From the human T2T-CHM13v2.0 reference genome, Homo sapiens, in the NCBI GenBank assembly GCA_009914755.4, contig CP086569.2, positions 5,568,001 through 5,632,000 on the forward strand: a stretch of 64,000 nt of DNA. The letters run 5' to 3'. The notes under the pieces were generated by a model. It made no database searches, was not told the origin of the DNA, and saw only the letters and a program-made list of their open reading frames with translations. Below are positions 31,849 to 45,960 of this stretch, piece after piece. Each line of letters opens with the position of its first letter. Position 1 is the first letter of the stretch. Made by a program: the position numbers and the translations under genes.

Positions 31849-33457
31849 ATAAAATTTTTTAAGAATAAAAAAACCCCACAAAAATATGTACAGTTATGAC
31901 GGATAAATTTTTTAAACAGTAAAAACATAAAGAAACCCAAATTTTTATCTTATAGCTCTGGTGCTCAGAAGTTCAAAATGTATCTTACTGGGCTAAAATC
32001 AATATGCTGGTGGAGAAGTGCTATTTCTCGGGACTCTAGGGAAGAACCTCCTCACATTTTCTAGCATCTAGGGATTACTTACATTCCTTGGTTTCTGAGT
32101 CTTTCCTCCATCTACAAAACCAGCAATATTAGCATCTTTCTCCCATTTTTTTCTCTGTGTGTTTCTGTTGTCACATCTTTTTGACTCTTTTAGGGATATT
32201 TTTGATGACATTAGGACCACTGGGATATTGCAGGACAATGGCCTCATCCTAATGCCCTTAATTTAATCACATATATATTTAAAGTCACTTTTGCTATGTA
32301 AGGCATCATATTTATACATTCCAGGGATTAAGATGTGGATGGTTTAGGGAGGGAATTATTTTGTCTACCACAACTGATCTAGGAGGATCTCACTTGAGAT
32401 TATTTGTTTCTGCTCCATATGTTTTTATCTTTTAGTAAGCTCTCCCAGACTTTTTCACATGATAGAGGTAGAGATTCCAACGGTAAGAACCTAAGCCCCA
32501 ATGATCAAGTGCTTTTTAAGCCTCAGAATTGATAAAGTCTAACTGTCAAATCAAATCACAGAACCAACCCCAAAGTCAATATGGAAGAGAGTGTACAAGG
32601 ACATGGTTATAGGGATATAGGGAGGAAAAAATAATTTGGCACAATTACTAAAAATTTAAAACAGTACAGTAATTTATATTGAGTTACTTTCTCTCAGAAC
32701 TTTGATATGATTTCACTGTATTCTAGCTGTTAATGTTTTAAAGAAGTTGTAATTACAATTATTGTTTCTTTTTAGATACCCTTTCTTTCCAAATGCTTGG
32801 GTGTGCTGTGGTTTCTAGACCTGTAGTCCTGTCTTTATCAGTTCTAGAAAATTTTTCAGCCATTATCTTTTTAAATATTGCTTCCCCTTAAATTATTTCA
32901 GTTCTTTTTTTTAAAAAAGTGCTCTTTTATCTAAGTGAATAATTAGTGTTTACATTGTTATTATGTTTACATTGTTAGTTGTAGCACCAATTAGTGACTG
33001 TGATTACATTTGTTTTATTTTATGGCATTTTCATTTTTCTGGAATTATTAATAGCCTGATTTTCAATTGTGCCATTTCAATTTTGCAATTTGCAATCTAC
33101 ATATTAAAAACTCTTCCCCAGTTTTTTCTGATATCAAAGGCTTTTCTTGAGTCTCTCTTTCCTCTAGATTCTTTACTTCTAAAGCCCTTGGCCGCCTTGA
33201 TCTAATCTAATTAATCAAATTTGCAACTTCTTTCTTTTGTCTCTGTGACTTTAAAGCCAAGTGTCAATTGAGACATGTTATTATGTTTTTGCCATAGTAT
33301 AAAAATGTATATAAAGACTGTAATATGTTTAAGAGACATGAAAGAAAGCACATATGTATGTGAAAGAAAAATTTTCTGAGTCCTCTAGACATTTGTGTCT
33401 CTAATGCCTTCTTCTGACAAACTTAGACAATGCAGAAAGCTTTGAATGACTCTTCAA

Positions 33458-33670
33458 AGGCATAATAATGATACATTGGGCTTTGGGGACTTGGGGAAAG
33501 GGTTGGGAGTGGCAAGGGATAAAAGAATACACATTGGGTACAGTGTACACTGCTCGGGTGATGGGTGCATCAAAATCTCAGAAATCAACACTAAAGAATT
33601 TATTCATGAAACCAAACACCACCTGTTCCCCAAATGTCGGTTGAAATAAAAAGATTAAAATAAAAAAAAA
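33458..33670 (+). mobile_element. Short L1 3'-terminal fragment (L1PA-like)
   Basis: ..acacattgggtacagtgtacactgctcgggtgatgggtgcatcaaaatctcagaaatcaacactaaagaatttattcatgaaaccaaacaccacctgttcccc.. Paralogous to 11440-11636. Confidence 0.8.
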
Positions 33671-33689
33671 ATTATCGTCTAACAATTAT

Positions 33690-34400
33690 CTTTAGAGAGG
33701 ACCTGAAAGTCAAAAACAAGATGCTAAAAGAACCAATGAAGGACACAAAGAACTCTTGTAAATGAAAAAGATAGTTGTTAAAATAAAAATTGTAATGGCA
33801 GATTTTGATGATAAAGTTAAAGAAATCTCCCAAAGTACTAGAAAATATTAAAGAAAAATAAAAGACTTTATCAATCCAGGAGGTTCAACTTTCACCAGTA
33901 AGATTTCCAGAAGGAGAAAATATAGAGAAAAAAATTGTCAGAAAAACAAAAGAACATGTTCTAGATTGAAGGATCTCATGAGAGCTCTGCAGCATAGATG
34001 AGAGAAGACCTAAAACAAAGAGTACCATGAGATTCAAGAAGGTGAATGATAAAAAGAAGGACCGAAATACTTCCCATAACAATTAGAAGGAAGAGGTAGA
34101 ATTTTAAAAAGGAAAATAATGGGTTAGAGCATCACACTTCTCAGCAGCAATTCTGGAAGCCAGCAGAATGACTTTAAAATTCTGATTGAACTATTATTTC
34201 CAACTTAAGATTCTATATCCAAATGAGCTGTCAATCAAGTGTGAGGACAAAGAAAAGATTACTATACATGCAAAGACTCATAAAGTGTACCTTCACAGTG
34301 TGTTCCTTCTTAGGGAATGACTGGAAGATGTGCTGCACCAAAACAAGTGAAAAAAACAAAAAATAAAAGGGAAAGCTACAGAATCCAGGAAACAAGAAAT
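33690..34400 (+). mobile_element. Possible ancient L1 (L1M) ORF1-region fragment
   Basis: Weak translated similarity to the old L1 ORF1 C-terminal region. Boundaries and identity are uncertain. Confidence 0.35.
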
Positions 34401-34439
34401 CCTACCTAAACAGTAATAGAGAAAAATTCTGAGGTGACA

Positions 34440-37400
34440 GCTGAGCCTTAGATCTCAAGACATACTCTTTGCTTTAGATCTTAACACTGTGTTTGTTGCA
34501 TTCCAGAGATTTTGGTATGTTACATGCCTGTTACCATTTACTTTAAAGAATGTTTTGATTTCGGCTATAACTTCATTGTTTACTTAAAAGTCATTGAGGA
34601 ACAAGTTTACTTTCCATGTAATTGTGTGGTTTTGAAAGAGCTCATTGGTATTGATTTCTATTCTTATTCCACTGTGGTCTAAAAGCATTCTTGATATGAT
34701 TTTAATTCTTTTGAATTTATTGAGTTGCTTTATAGTCAAGCATGTGGTCAATCTTAGAATACATTCTGTGTTAAGATGAGGAGAATGTATATTCTGTGGT
34801 TGATGAGTGGATTATGTTGCAGATATCTACTAAATCCAGTTGGTCAAGTGTCAAATTTAAGTACAGAATTTCTTTGTTAGTTTTCTGCCTCAATAGTTTG
34901 TGTAGCTCACTCATTGTGGTGTTGAAGTCCTCCAGTATTATTGTGTGGCTAAGTTTTTTATAGGTTTAGAAGTACTTGTTCTACAAATCTGGGGGCTCCA
35001 ATGTTGGATGTGTATACATTTAGGGTTATTAAGTCATCTTGCTTAACATTTTATCATTATGTAATGCCCTTATTTGTCCCTTTATATTGTTGTTGGTTTA
35101 AAGTCTGTTTTATCTTTCATAAGAATAGTGACCTCTGCTTTTTGTTGTTGTTGTTTTCTATTTGCATGATAAATCTTTCTCTATTTTTTTACTTGGAGCC
35201 TATGCATATTGTTACATGTGAGATGCGTCTCTTGAAGACAGCAGACAGTTGAGTCTTGCATTTAATCCAACTTGACACTCTGTGCCTTTTAATTGGGGTG
35301 TTTAGACTATTTACATTCAAAGTTATTATTGATATGTAAAGATTTTATCCTATCTTAAGGTTGTTAGGTGGTTTCTTTGTTGTCTGTATTGTGTAGTTGC
35401 TTCATAGGGTCTCCAGACTATGTATTTAAGCGTGTTTATGTGGTAGCAAGTATCATTCTTTTGTTTCCATGCTTAGAACTCCTTTAGGAATCTTTCATAT
35501 GGCTGGTCTAGTGGAAACAAATTCCCTTAGCAGTTGCCTGTCTGAAAAAGATTTTGTTTCTCCTTCACTTATAAAGGTTAGTTTAGTGGAATATGAAATT
35601 CTTTATTGGATTTTCTTTTCTTTAAGAATGCTGAAAATAAGCCCCCACTCTCTTCTGGTCTGTGAAGTTTCTGCTGAGAAGTCTGTTTTTACACTAATAG
35701 GATTCCCCTTGTAAGGGATCTGATCATTATCTTTGGCTGCCTTTAAGATTTTTTCTTTCACATTGACCTTGAAAATTCTGATAACTATTTGCCTTTGTGG
35801 TGGTTGTCTTGTATAGTTTATCACAGGATTCTCTTAGTTTATTGAATTTGCATGTTGCTCTCTATAATGATTGGGAAAATTTTAGTGAACTGTATCCTCA
35901 AATATGTTTTCCAACTTGCTTACTCTTTCTCCTCCTCTCCCAAGAATGCCAATGCGTCATATATTTGGTTTCTTTACATAATCCTATATTTCTCAGAAGC
36001 TTTTCATCATTTTATAATTCTCTCCTTTTTTTTTGCTTTTGTCTGACTGGGTTGAGTTGAAGGACTTGTCTTTGTGCTCTGAAATTCTTTCCTTGGCTTT
36101 GTCTATTCTGTTGTTAAGTCTTTCATCTGTATTTGGAAATTCCTGTAGTGAATTCTTTAATTCAGGAAGTTCAGTTTGGTTCTTCCTGAAAATGGCTATG
36201 TCATCTTGCGACTATTGAATAATTTTACTCATTTTATTGGATTGGATTTCCATTTTATCTTTAATGTCGTTGAGCTTCCTTCCCATCCATATTCTGAATT
36301 CTGTGTCTGTCATTTCAGACATTTCAATCTGGTTGGGATTCTTTGCTGTGGAACTACTGAGAATATCTAGAGGTAAGAAAACTCTCTGACTTCTTGAATT
36401 GCTGAAGTTCTTTCACTGGTTCTTTCTCATCGGAGAAGCTGGTGTTCCTTTATCTCTTTGAAATTGCTGTCACTTAAATGAGGTTTTTTTTTTTGCTTAT
36501 ATATTATACTTTCCCCTTGGTTGTTTGACTATGGTGTATAGCATCTACAGTTGATTAGTTTCATTTCTGGGTGCTTTCTGAGGGCCAAAGCTCTGTATGA
36601 GTTCCACAGTTATGATTGACTTTCTACATTGGGTTTCACAGTGTGAAATGAATTTACTTTTGTTAGTAATGTTGTTCAGGCTGTGATCCAGTAGACGGTG
36701 CTTAAGAGTAAGGGTCGGCAGATAGGCTCATATACAATAGTGTTCTAGGGAGGGAGAGATGGGGATGTGCAAGAAATAACTCCCTCCCAAGTCTGTTCCT
36801 GGGCCTTGGGGTAACCCCTTTTAATCACTGGTGCTGTGCTCATTTTCTCTTAGCTCCAAGGGGAGCCCTGGCAGCCTGCACTCCTCCTCCCTTAAGGGTG
36901 GCCAGAGCCAAAGTTTAGGTCACCAGGATTCCTGCAACTCAGGGACGCATTGGTTTTCTGAGCTTAGCAAAGACAAAGCAGGTTGTGGGGTATGTCTGCA
37001 GGTGATCTGGTGATATAGTGGGTCAAGGGTGGAGGGTCCTTGTGCAAAGGGATCCCAGTATCTAGCCTGATCAGCTAGTTTTGTCTCAAACCTTCTGCAC
37101 TCAGATTGCTGGCATGTTCCGGGTGATCAGGACCATGGGGCTCCCTCAGGCAGAAACTGTGACTGGTCAACAAGCTCCACCTTTCCCTGACTGGTCTTGC
37201 AGACGGAGGGACATTTAGCTCCCACACCAGCACATGAATCCACACCTCACTCTTCTCTGTGTTCTAAGACTTGGGGTTCCCCCCCACACTTGAACTCTAG
37301 CCAAAAATCTCAGCTCAATAACTGTGGTTGGTGTGCTCAAACCCTAGGGGGTTGAAACTAGTCCTGTGGCTTTGTCCTCTGACCTCTTGGGGGCAAACAC

Positions 37401-38080
37401 TGGCTGTACCAGGCTGTCGAACTGCTCTCCGGCTGCTGGCAAAACACTCAGACAGAATAGTGGAGGCTGTGCTGTGTGCATTCTCTTGTGGGAGCTGAAA
37501 GGCAGCTTGCTTTGTGATGGGCCAGTGAAAAAGGGGGGCATGCAGGTAAGTTGTGCCTTGATGCTGCAGGGAAGGCAGGCTTCCTCTCTCCCAGCCAAAA
37601 GTCAGGAGGGGCTATGCCCATTCAAAGCAAGATGGAGAACCTTTGGGGATGGGTACTTACAGTCACGTTTTGCTGCAGTTGCCCTGTGTGCCATATAATA
37701 TTTTGGTTCTGTCCAAGTTTATTCTCTGCCTCTGCCTACTGTTCAGGCAGTTCCCTCTGTCAATTGAAATGTCTATGAGGGTTACAACATCTCTTGTAGC
37801 TAGGATTCCAGAGACTCACAGCAGGATTGTGATGTCACAGAGTTCCTTCATTTACCTCTTCCTTAGGGCCTGTTCAGGACCAAGAGCCTGGTCTGGTGAC
37901 TCTATGTGGACTTCTCAGCTTCCTCCCTGTTTAATCTTGGAGTTGTGTTGTGTCTCTGTCAACTTTCAGTGTTTTCTCTAAAAGATTGGTTTGAACTGTA
38001 GTTGTTTACCCAAGATTTTGGTTTCTCTCAGTAAAAGAGGTGCTTTCCAGCTGCATCTAGTTGGCCATCTTGTCCCTTCC
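34440..38080 (-). mobile_element. L1 LINE on minus strand: 5'UTR, ORF1 and 5' part of ORF2, truncated or rearranged at the 3' side
   Basis: Minus-strand ORF 35603-35824 translates to ..KILKAAKDNDQIPYKGNPISVKTDFSAETSQTRREWGLIFSILKEKKIQ, which is the L1 ORF1p C-terminus. The reverse complement of 34480-35300 matches the ORF2 endonuclease region. The reverse complement of 38061-38080 reads ggaagggacaagatggccaac, an L1 5' terminus. Confidence 0.82.
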
Positions 38081-38891
38081 ACCAAGAAATACTTTAGACA
38101 ACCTAAATTTATCAATGTTTACTTGGGCAAAGCATAATTTATGAATGGGACAGCCTCCCAGACTGGAATATGTTCAGAGAATCTCCAGTGATATCTCATG
38201 GTTGAAAAATATTTGTGGATTAAGAAAGTGACATACAAGAACTGAAAGTGAGGTCCAGAAACAGCTGGATTGGATACAGCTTGGTGTTTTGCTTATTTCA
38301 ACATGGGCTGAACAGTTGGTTGCCTTTGACTGGCCAAAACTCAAGGATTGGTACAAGAATAGGTGCAGTCTATTTTTAAACCCAGTTAGATTACAGTTCA
38401 TTGTGTACACAGAAATCTCTAGGTTGAATTCAAAATAAGGTGGCAGATTTAGACTAAACTTAACAATTCTAAAGAGTAATCTTGAATACCTTTGTGTCAA
38501 AGCACCTCAAATTTGTAGATGACTGCTCTAGAAGAATTATTATTGAGAACAGAAGATATGATTAGGCAAATGTTTCTATAGCTTATGTGACATGAAAGAT
38601 TAAGCTCAGTTTCTGGAAAAAAAGCCGAATATAAAGAGTCTTATGTGAGAAACAATGTAATGAAAAGCTTGATAATACATACTGATTAGTGAGTGATGTA
38701 GGAGGATGTAAAAGTAATTTTTAAGTTTGAAGACTGAAAACTGAAAAAAGATGGGTAACCATTAAAAAAAAATGAGTTATGGTTCATTAGATAATGGGCT
38801 CAATGTTTTGACATATTGAGAGTGAGATCATGATAGAACTTCAAAATGGAAATAGCCAACTATCAAATAGAAATATAAGAACAGTGTTCCA

Positions 38892-39192
38892 GGCCAGGCG
38901 CAGTGGCTCACACCTGTAATCTCAGCACCTTGGGAGGCCAAGGTGGGCAGATCACGAGGTCAGGAGACTGAGACCATCCTGACTAACACGGTGAAACCCC
39001 ATCTCTACTAAAAATACAAAAAATTCACCGGGCGTGGTGGCGGGCACCTGTATTCCCAGCTACTTGGGAGGCTGAGGCAGAAGAGTGGTGTGAACCCGGG
39101 AGGCAGAGCTTACAGTAAACTGAGATCGCGCCACTGCAATCCAGCCTAAGCGACAGAGCAAGACTCTGTCTCAAAAAACAAAACAAAAAAAA
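38892..39192 (+). mobile_element. Alu SINE (AluY-like), target-site duplication gaacagtgttcca
   Basis: ggccaggcgcagtggctcacacctgtaatc..gagaccatcctgactaacacggtgaaacccc.. The 13-mer is repeated at both ends. Confidence 0.92.
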
Positions 39193-41410
39193 GAACAGTG
39201 TTCCAGAGAAGTTTGAACTAAGTATACAAACTTCACATAGAAGTGATAATTAAGATAATGAAATTAAAAAATGATCTAAGGAGCAAAGTAAAATTAAATC
39301 AAGGGCAAAGCCTTATATTAAGGAGCAGCAGGAAAAAGGAGTTGTTAGAAAAGCAACAATAAGCCTAGTTGAAAAGATGAGAGGAAAAACAAGATAATAA
39401 AAGGTCACAAACTATAAAGTTTAAGAATATTTCAATAAAAAAGGGATCATTAGTCAACTACTGCAGGGAAATAAATTTTAATGACAACTACAAAATTAGT
39501 TTTATCATTTGGAAATCATTTCAAACAACAGTCTTAATAATGAGAAAGAGAAAGACATCAGATTACAATTAAATAAACATCAGGTCGAGGTTGCCAAAAT
39601 AAAGGAAATAATTGTATAAAGTTTTAAAAAATGTTACACAAACGAGAAGCCAGAGGTAGGCAGAACTTGATGTTTAAGGCTGCTTCTTAAGAGCAGGACT
39701 AAGAGCGTGGTAGTAAAGTTGATTGTTCCACCCACTGAAATCTCAATAACAATTTGGAAATAGTTGGTCCTGAGATTACTCAGACAGAAGGATCTCAATT
39801 GTAAGAGATTTAAGGAGTGGTCAGCCCTTCTTTAGAATCTTTTTTTTTTTTTTTTTTCAGGAAAATAAAAGGATTAAATCCCGAGTCCCCAGCCCAGCCC
39901 CAAGACTGAACTACTGAGCAATTCTCCAGCTCCAGTGAAGATAGGGTATAAGTAAGTCAAAAACAAAAAACAAAAAACAAAAAACAGCAGGGTGACCAGT
40001 AGGTGAACAAGAGACGTGGCAGGACTCTAGTCCTGGAATAAAAACTAGACAGAAAGAATAACCTGTCAAAATTAAGAAATATAAACTAAGACAAAAACCC
40101 ACATCTGGTGAATGAAATGTTAGGGCTCAGAAGTCAATACTCCAAAATATGGTACATTGACGTTCTGAAGAAACTTCGATGTCTCTATGATTTTCTTCCC
40201 CTGCATACTCTCTCTCCCAAATCCTTCAGATTTTTTTTCTTAAGATCCAGATCCACCAAGGAGAACATTTTTTCTTCCTTCTCTATAAAGCCAAGAGTAT
40301 AATTACATCTTAACAAACCCTTTCACAAGATAATGTACAAGTTATTTGTTCCCTGATCTAATTATTCTTCCTAGTGATCCCCTTAACAGATTCTCTTCTC
40401 CCACCTTTCATAACCTTTTTTTGCAGGATGGTATATAAGTTTCTGAACTCCACTGGAGAGTGAGAAATCACTCTGTGATGCTCCCCATCTGCACAATAAA
40501 TGTGAATGCCTTTTCTCCTATTAATCTACCTTATGTCAGTGATTTTCAGCAAACATTCAGAGAGCAAGAGGAAAGTCTCTCTTGGCCTCTATGAAATGAA
40601 CATGCAGATGCATAGTATATCTGTGAACCCAGGGAAGCACATTCTGAAGGGTCTCTCTCCAGTGAAGCAGATTCTAGACTGTCTGGCAGTAAGATTTTTG
40701 GGGGAACTCAATATATAGCTATTACTACCCATGTCACTAGAATTAGAGCTACAGTCTTTGCTGTAATGTATATATCATTTTGGATCAGCTAAGGACCAAG
40801 TTTTCAACTCATAGGTGTCCAGGTGGAAACAGCTGGCAAGGCAGAGGCTGAGAAATCAAGGCATGTCTTGACAGATGGGGTAAAGTTTTTATTTTGTTTT
40901 CCCAAAGATAATTAGAACATATGTACAACAGAAATGAAAAAAAAAAAAAGTTGAGTAGAAGACATTAAATATGTAAGAGAAAGGACAAAATTTGTGGAGG
41001 GAAGTAATGAATTGAGTTGAGAAAATAAACTGGTAGTTGCTTTTTCCTTAACAGAATAAAAGTTATTTATACAGTGAAGAAATGTTATTTTTTTTTAAAA
41101 TCAGGTACCAGTCTAGGTGCATATTATAGATTGGTAATCAGTAAATACAAGGATATGACTTTATGAAGCTTAAAATCTAGTAGAGGAGACACAAATATAT
41201 ATATATGTAATGTATATATATTACATATATATACACTTAATTATTTATAACATTACTAAATCTTGCCCCAATACTAGCTCAGCACTTTAGCCCTCCATTT
41301 TGAACCAAGAGGAAATTCTCTAGAGCTAAGTTAATGTAGCTTAATAGAGCAAAGCAAGGCATTGAAAATGACTAGATTAGTTTATGTGACTCATAAAGTA
41401 TATATAAATG

Positions 41411-41413
<3 letters not shown>

Positions 41414-41452
<39 letters not shown>
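41414..41452. repeat. (TA)n microsatellite, about 19 units
   Basis: Uninterrupted atatat run seen directly. Confidence 0.95.
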
Positions 41453-41455
<3 letters not shown>

Positions 41456-41939
41456 ATAAGACTTCTGTAGAAAAGAACCGAATGTTGTGAAAAAGAATTT
41501 GGAAAAGGGGAGAGATTAGACAGCCAATTTAGATCAGGTTGTAAAGGAAGACCAGCTTTAAGAGGTTTCATTGGAGCTAAGATCTTAATAAGTTAGCTGA
41601 ATAAGGTGCTGACCAGCTGGAAAAGCCTTTCAAGTAGAAATAACAGGAAAATAAGACGCTCAGAAGAGGTAATAAATTTAGCATATGGAGGGTCATAAAG
41701 TGGCTGGAGCATATCGTGTGAGGGAGAAAGTAGCAGAAAGTATGGGGGAGTCAGTAAAAGTTCAGATCATGCAGGGTTTTACAGGTTTTAATAAAGAGTT
41801 TGAATATTAAATTCTAAGTGTAAAGGGAGAAGACACTGGAGGATTTGAATGAGACAGTGAAATTTTCTAATTTACATTTTTAAAAGATTATTCTCATTTC
41901 TGTATGAACAGCATAATTAGGTGGACAGGGGAACTGGGT

Positions 41940-41978
41940 GCAAACAAAAACAAAAACAAAAACAAAAACAAACAAAAA
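41940..41978. repeat. (CAAAA/CAAAAA)n simple repeat
   Basis: caaacaaaaacaaaaacaaaaacaaaaacaaacaaaaaag seen directly. Confidence 0.9.
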
Positions 41979-43019
41979 AGATAAGGCTATTTTAATATTC
42001 AGCCAAGAGATGGGGGTGGCCTATCCTAGGCTGGTGATGGTGGGGAGAAAGAGAAATGGAGAAGTGGGATATTCTTTGTAAGTAGAAATTTCAAAACTTT
42101 GATGAATTAGATGTGTGTGAAGACTGGAAGAAAGATGTCCAAAAAGAAATTAGATTTCTAGTTCAGGCATTTACTTGATGTCTTGATTATGTTAAATAAT
42201 AGGGTTAAAAAGGAAAACCAATGTAATCAATGTAATCAATGGCAGATGGGAATCAAGTGATAGAAATGACAATTTATTTAATCTACTGATATATGATGAG
42301 GTTAAAATTGAGTAGTAGATTAGAATGACCTATGCTTGGGTAGTTTTCTGTTTATCATTATTCAAACATAACTAAAAAATAATGCATATAAAATAGAGGA
42401 TTCTAGTTTTGGATTTTTGTCATGAATCAAAATTGAAACTTTTGAAACTCAATTGTGTTGAAGTAGGTAGGCAGATTTTAAAATACTATCTACTATAGGA
42501 ATTCTTAAAATGCAAACCTACTTTATTAAATGGATTTAAACACCATGTTGCCTGCCATAAGATTGTTTGGAAAGACTAAATGATTTAATTGGAAGCATCA
42601 ATTAAAATAAAACATATTACTTTATATGTTAAACACTATATATATATGTACAGAATTTAAGGATTTGACCTAGTTTTTCTCCAGAGGGTCACGTTTTTGT
42701 TACAACAAGAATGTGTCTCTAAGCACCATCTTTACAATACAAAAGAACCATCTTTTACAAAAATTTTGATTAACTGTGGCATTTCCTTTCTGCTGTGAAT
42801 AAAGCTGGCTATTGAATAAATTGTGAAGTACCAAAACCTCACCTTACAAATTTCTCTAATCCATTTAACTTCTTTCTTTCTACACATTTCCTGGGAATTT
42901 AATATTCTATTTATCCCTCTGGCTCTTCTTCCTCTATAGCAATTGTGGCATCCTATGCAAGACTTACATCCTCTGCACTCCTATGTTATGAATATTTTCT
43001 TTTCTATATGACCTAAAGA

Positions 43020-43330
43020 TGATATAACCAAGCAATTCTACTTCTAGGTATATGCTCAAAAGGTTTACATACTGGTACTCAAAAAATTACTTGTACACAA
43101 ATACTCATAGTAGCATTATTCAAAATAGACAAAAGTTAAAAACAACCTGAATGTCCATGGGCAGTTAATGAATAAACAAATTGTGATATATATGAAAATA
43201 TCCAACCATAAAAAGGAATGAAACAGTGATACACTGTATAACCTGAAAAACATTTATGCTAAGTGAAATATGCCAGACAGAATAGATCAGATACTGTATG
43301 ATTTTATTTACTTCTTCACACCCCTATCAA
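43020..43330 (+). mobile_element. Ancient L1 (L1M-like) 3'-end fragment
   Basis: ..ttctacttctaggtatatgctcaaaag..acaaatactcatagtagcattattcaaaatagacaaaagttaaaaacaacctgaatgtccat..ttatgctaagtgaaatatgccagacag.. matches the L1M 3' region. Confidence 0.7.
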
Positions 43331-45960
43331 AACTGATTCATAGATGACATGATTCTATGTATGGAAAATCCCACAGGATCCACCAAAACCTGATAGACCT
43401 AATAATGAATTTAGCAAAGCTTCTGGGTAAAAACCAACATATAAAAATCAGCTGTCTTTTTATACACTAATAATAAACAATCTGAAAAGGAAATAATGGA
43501 AATAATTCCATCTATAATAGTGTCCAAAAAAGTTAAGTATTTAGGAATAAATTCAACCAAATATGTGAACAGCGCATACACTGAAAACTACAAAACATTA
43601 ATAAACTAAAGAATACATAAATAAATGGAAAGACATTTCATGTTTATGGATTAGAAGACTTACTTTTGTTAAAACGGCAATGCTAACTTCAAGCAATCTA
43701 TAGACTCAATGCAATCATAAAAATTCTAAGAGCCTTTCTGCAGAAACGGAAAACACAATTCTTGAATTCATATGAAATTGCAAAGAGCCTTGAATATTAA
43801 AACACTCACAAAGTAGAGGAACGAAGTTGAAGGACTATTATTTTCACATTTTATAACTTACTACAAAACTACAGTAATTAAACAGTATGGTCCTAGCATA
43901 AGAACAGACATATGCACTGATGGAACAGGATTGAGAGTCCAGGAATAATCACATGTATGTATGGTCAATTGATTTTCAACAAGGATGCCAAGATCATTCA
44001 ACAGGTAAAGAATAGTTTCCTCCAAAAAATGGTGCTGTGACAAATAGATATTCACATACAAAATAATAAAGTTGCAGCTTTATACAAAATTATACAAAAA
44101 TATATAAATTATGTATATATACATATACAAAAATGTACTTAAAATTTTATCAAAGACTTAATGATAAGAGCTAAACTCTAAAACTCTTAGGAAAAAAAGC
44201 GTTTTCCTGACCTTCATGACCTTGGATTTGGCAACGGATTCTGAGATCTGACATCAAGAGTACAACCAACAGAAGAAAAAATAGATAAATTGGAGTTTGT
44301 TAAAATGAAAACGTTTTTCATGTTAAAGGACATTATCCAGGAAGAGAAAGACAACTTACGGAATGGGAGAAAATATTTGCAAATCACATATCTGATAAGA
44401 ATCTAGTATCCAGATTTTATAAAGAACGCCTTCTACTCAATAACAAAATGAAAAACACTCCCATTCAACTCTTAGAAGTCTTTAACAACAATAACAACAT
44501 GGAAAACAATCTCATACAACCAGCCCACGGACTTGAATTGATGTTCCTCTAGAGATGTGCAAATGACACTTGAAAAGATGCTAAACATTATTAGTCATTA
44601 GGTCACTGCAAACCAAAATCACAGTGAGATACCACTTCACTCCCACTTACACGGCAATTTTTAAAAATCAGAAAAATAACTAGCATTGTCAAGGATACGG
44701 AGAAATTGCAAGCCTTTTACGTTACTTATGAGAATGTAAAATTGGTCAGTTGCTGTAGAAAATGTTGACAGTTCTGATACAGGAGATAGAAATTATTTAG
44801 GCAGATAGTGAGAGCAAAAGATTCTTTGGCAGAACTTCCCTTCTAACAAAATGCAACCCAAGAAATCATTTTATTTCTAACAAAGAGCAGCCTGAAATAC
44901 TGAACTGCAAATATAGATAAGGAAGCTCGAAGTTTGCACGGGGAAATGCCAGCAGCTACGCCAATAGAAAAGGGCAACCTGGGGGCCAGGCATGTCCACC
45001 CTGGAAGCTCCGTTTTCTTTTTTTTTCGTTAGCACTTGTACAGTAAGAAAGAAATGGGCAACATGGAGCAGCTCAGGTAGAAAACCCACCTGAATAATAC
45101 AGAGATTCATGCCATATGCAGATGGCAAACCTGGTTCTGTTTTTTCGTGCCCTGTGTAGATCAGACACCATCTCCCCACCAGCTCATCTATAAAAGCTCC
45201 TTCATTTCACTGCAGGTCAGCAACCCATTTTTCTGGGACCCCTCTCTATAACAGAAAGCAATTATCTTTCTTTCACCTATCCAATTTCCCCCTTAACTTC
45301 ACTATTTGTGTGTCCACATCCTTGATATCTGTGGCTGAGACAAGAAACCTCGGGTGTCACCCCAGACAACAAGGCCATTTCATTGTGGGGGATCACCTGA
45401 GACCCAAGGTAGATTCATAAAAAGAAAGAGTATAGGAGCAGTTCTTTAAAAAGTTAAACATAGAATTACTATATAATCCAGCAATTCCACTTCAAGGTAT
45501 ACACTCAAAAGAATAGAATACTAGTACTAAAATAAATACTTGCACACAAATATTCATAGTAGCACTAGTCACAATTGACAAAAGCTGGACACACCCAAAT
45601 GTCTATAAGTAGCTTAATGGACAAATAAATGGTGTTATATACATAAAATGGAAAATACTTAGCTATAAAAAGGAATAAAGTACCTATATATGCTATAACC
45701 TGAAAAATGTTTTTTGTTAAGACACAAAAGGTCATATATTATATGATCCAATTTATATATAATTTGTGAATAGGCAAATTCACAGAAATGAAAAGTAGAT
45801 TGATGGTTTTCAAAGGCTGGGAGAAAGTGAGAGTGGAGAATAACTGCTTACTGAGTATGTGATATTATTTTGGGGTGATGAAAATGTTTAGAACTAGATA
45901 GAGGTGATTGCACAACATTGTTAATATAATTAATGGTACTGAATTATTTATTTTTAAGCA
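43330..45960 (+). mobile_element. Ancient L1 (L1M-like) ORF2 3' half and 3'UTR, split by a solo-LTR insertion at 44791-45428
   Basis: Colinear with the L1M ORF2 C-terminal region (..KIPM.FF..IEK.ILKFIWN.K.., ..mkkcsssl..rem.ikttmryh..). It resumes after the insert at ..cagttctttaaaaagttaaacatagaattactatataatccagcaattccac.. Confidence 0.7.
44791..45428. mobile_element. Putative solo LTR (TG...CA, 638 bp) with 4-bp target-site duplication GTTC, inserted into L1M
   Basis: The insert starts tgatacagg and ends ..ggagca. It is flanked by acaGTTC and GTTCttta, which restores contiguous L1M sequence. It contains tataaaagc at about 45188. Confidence 0.45.
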
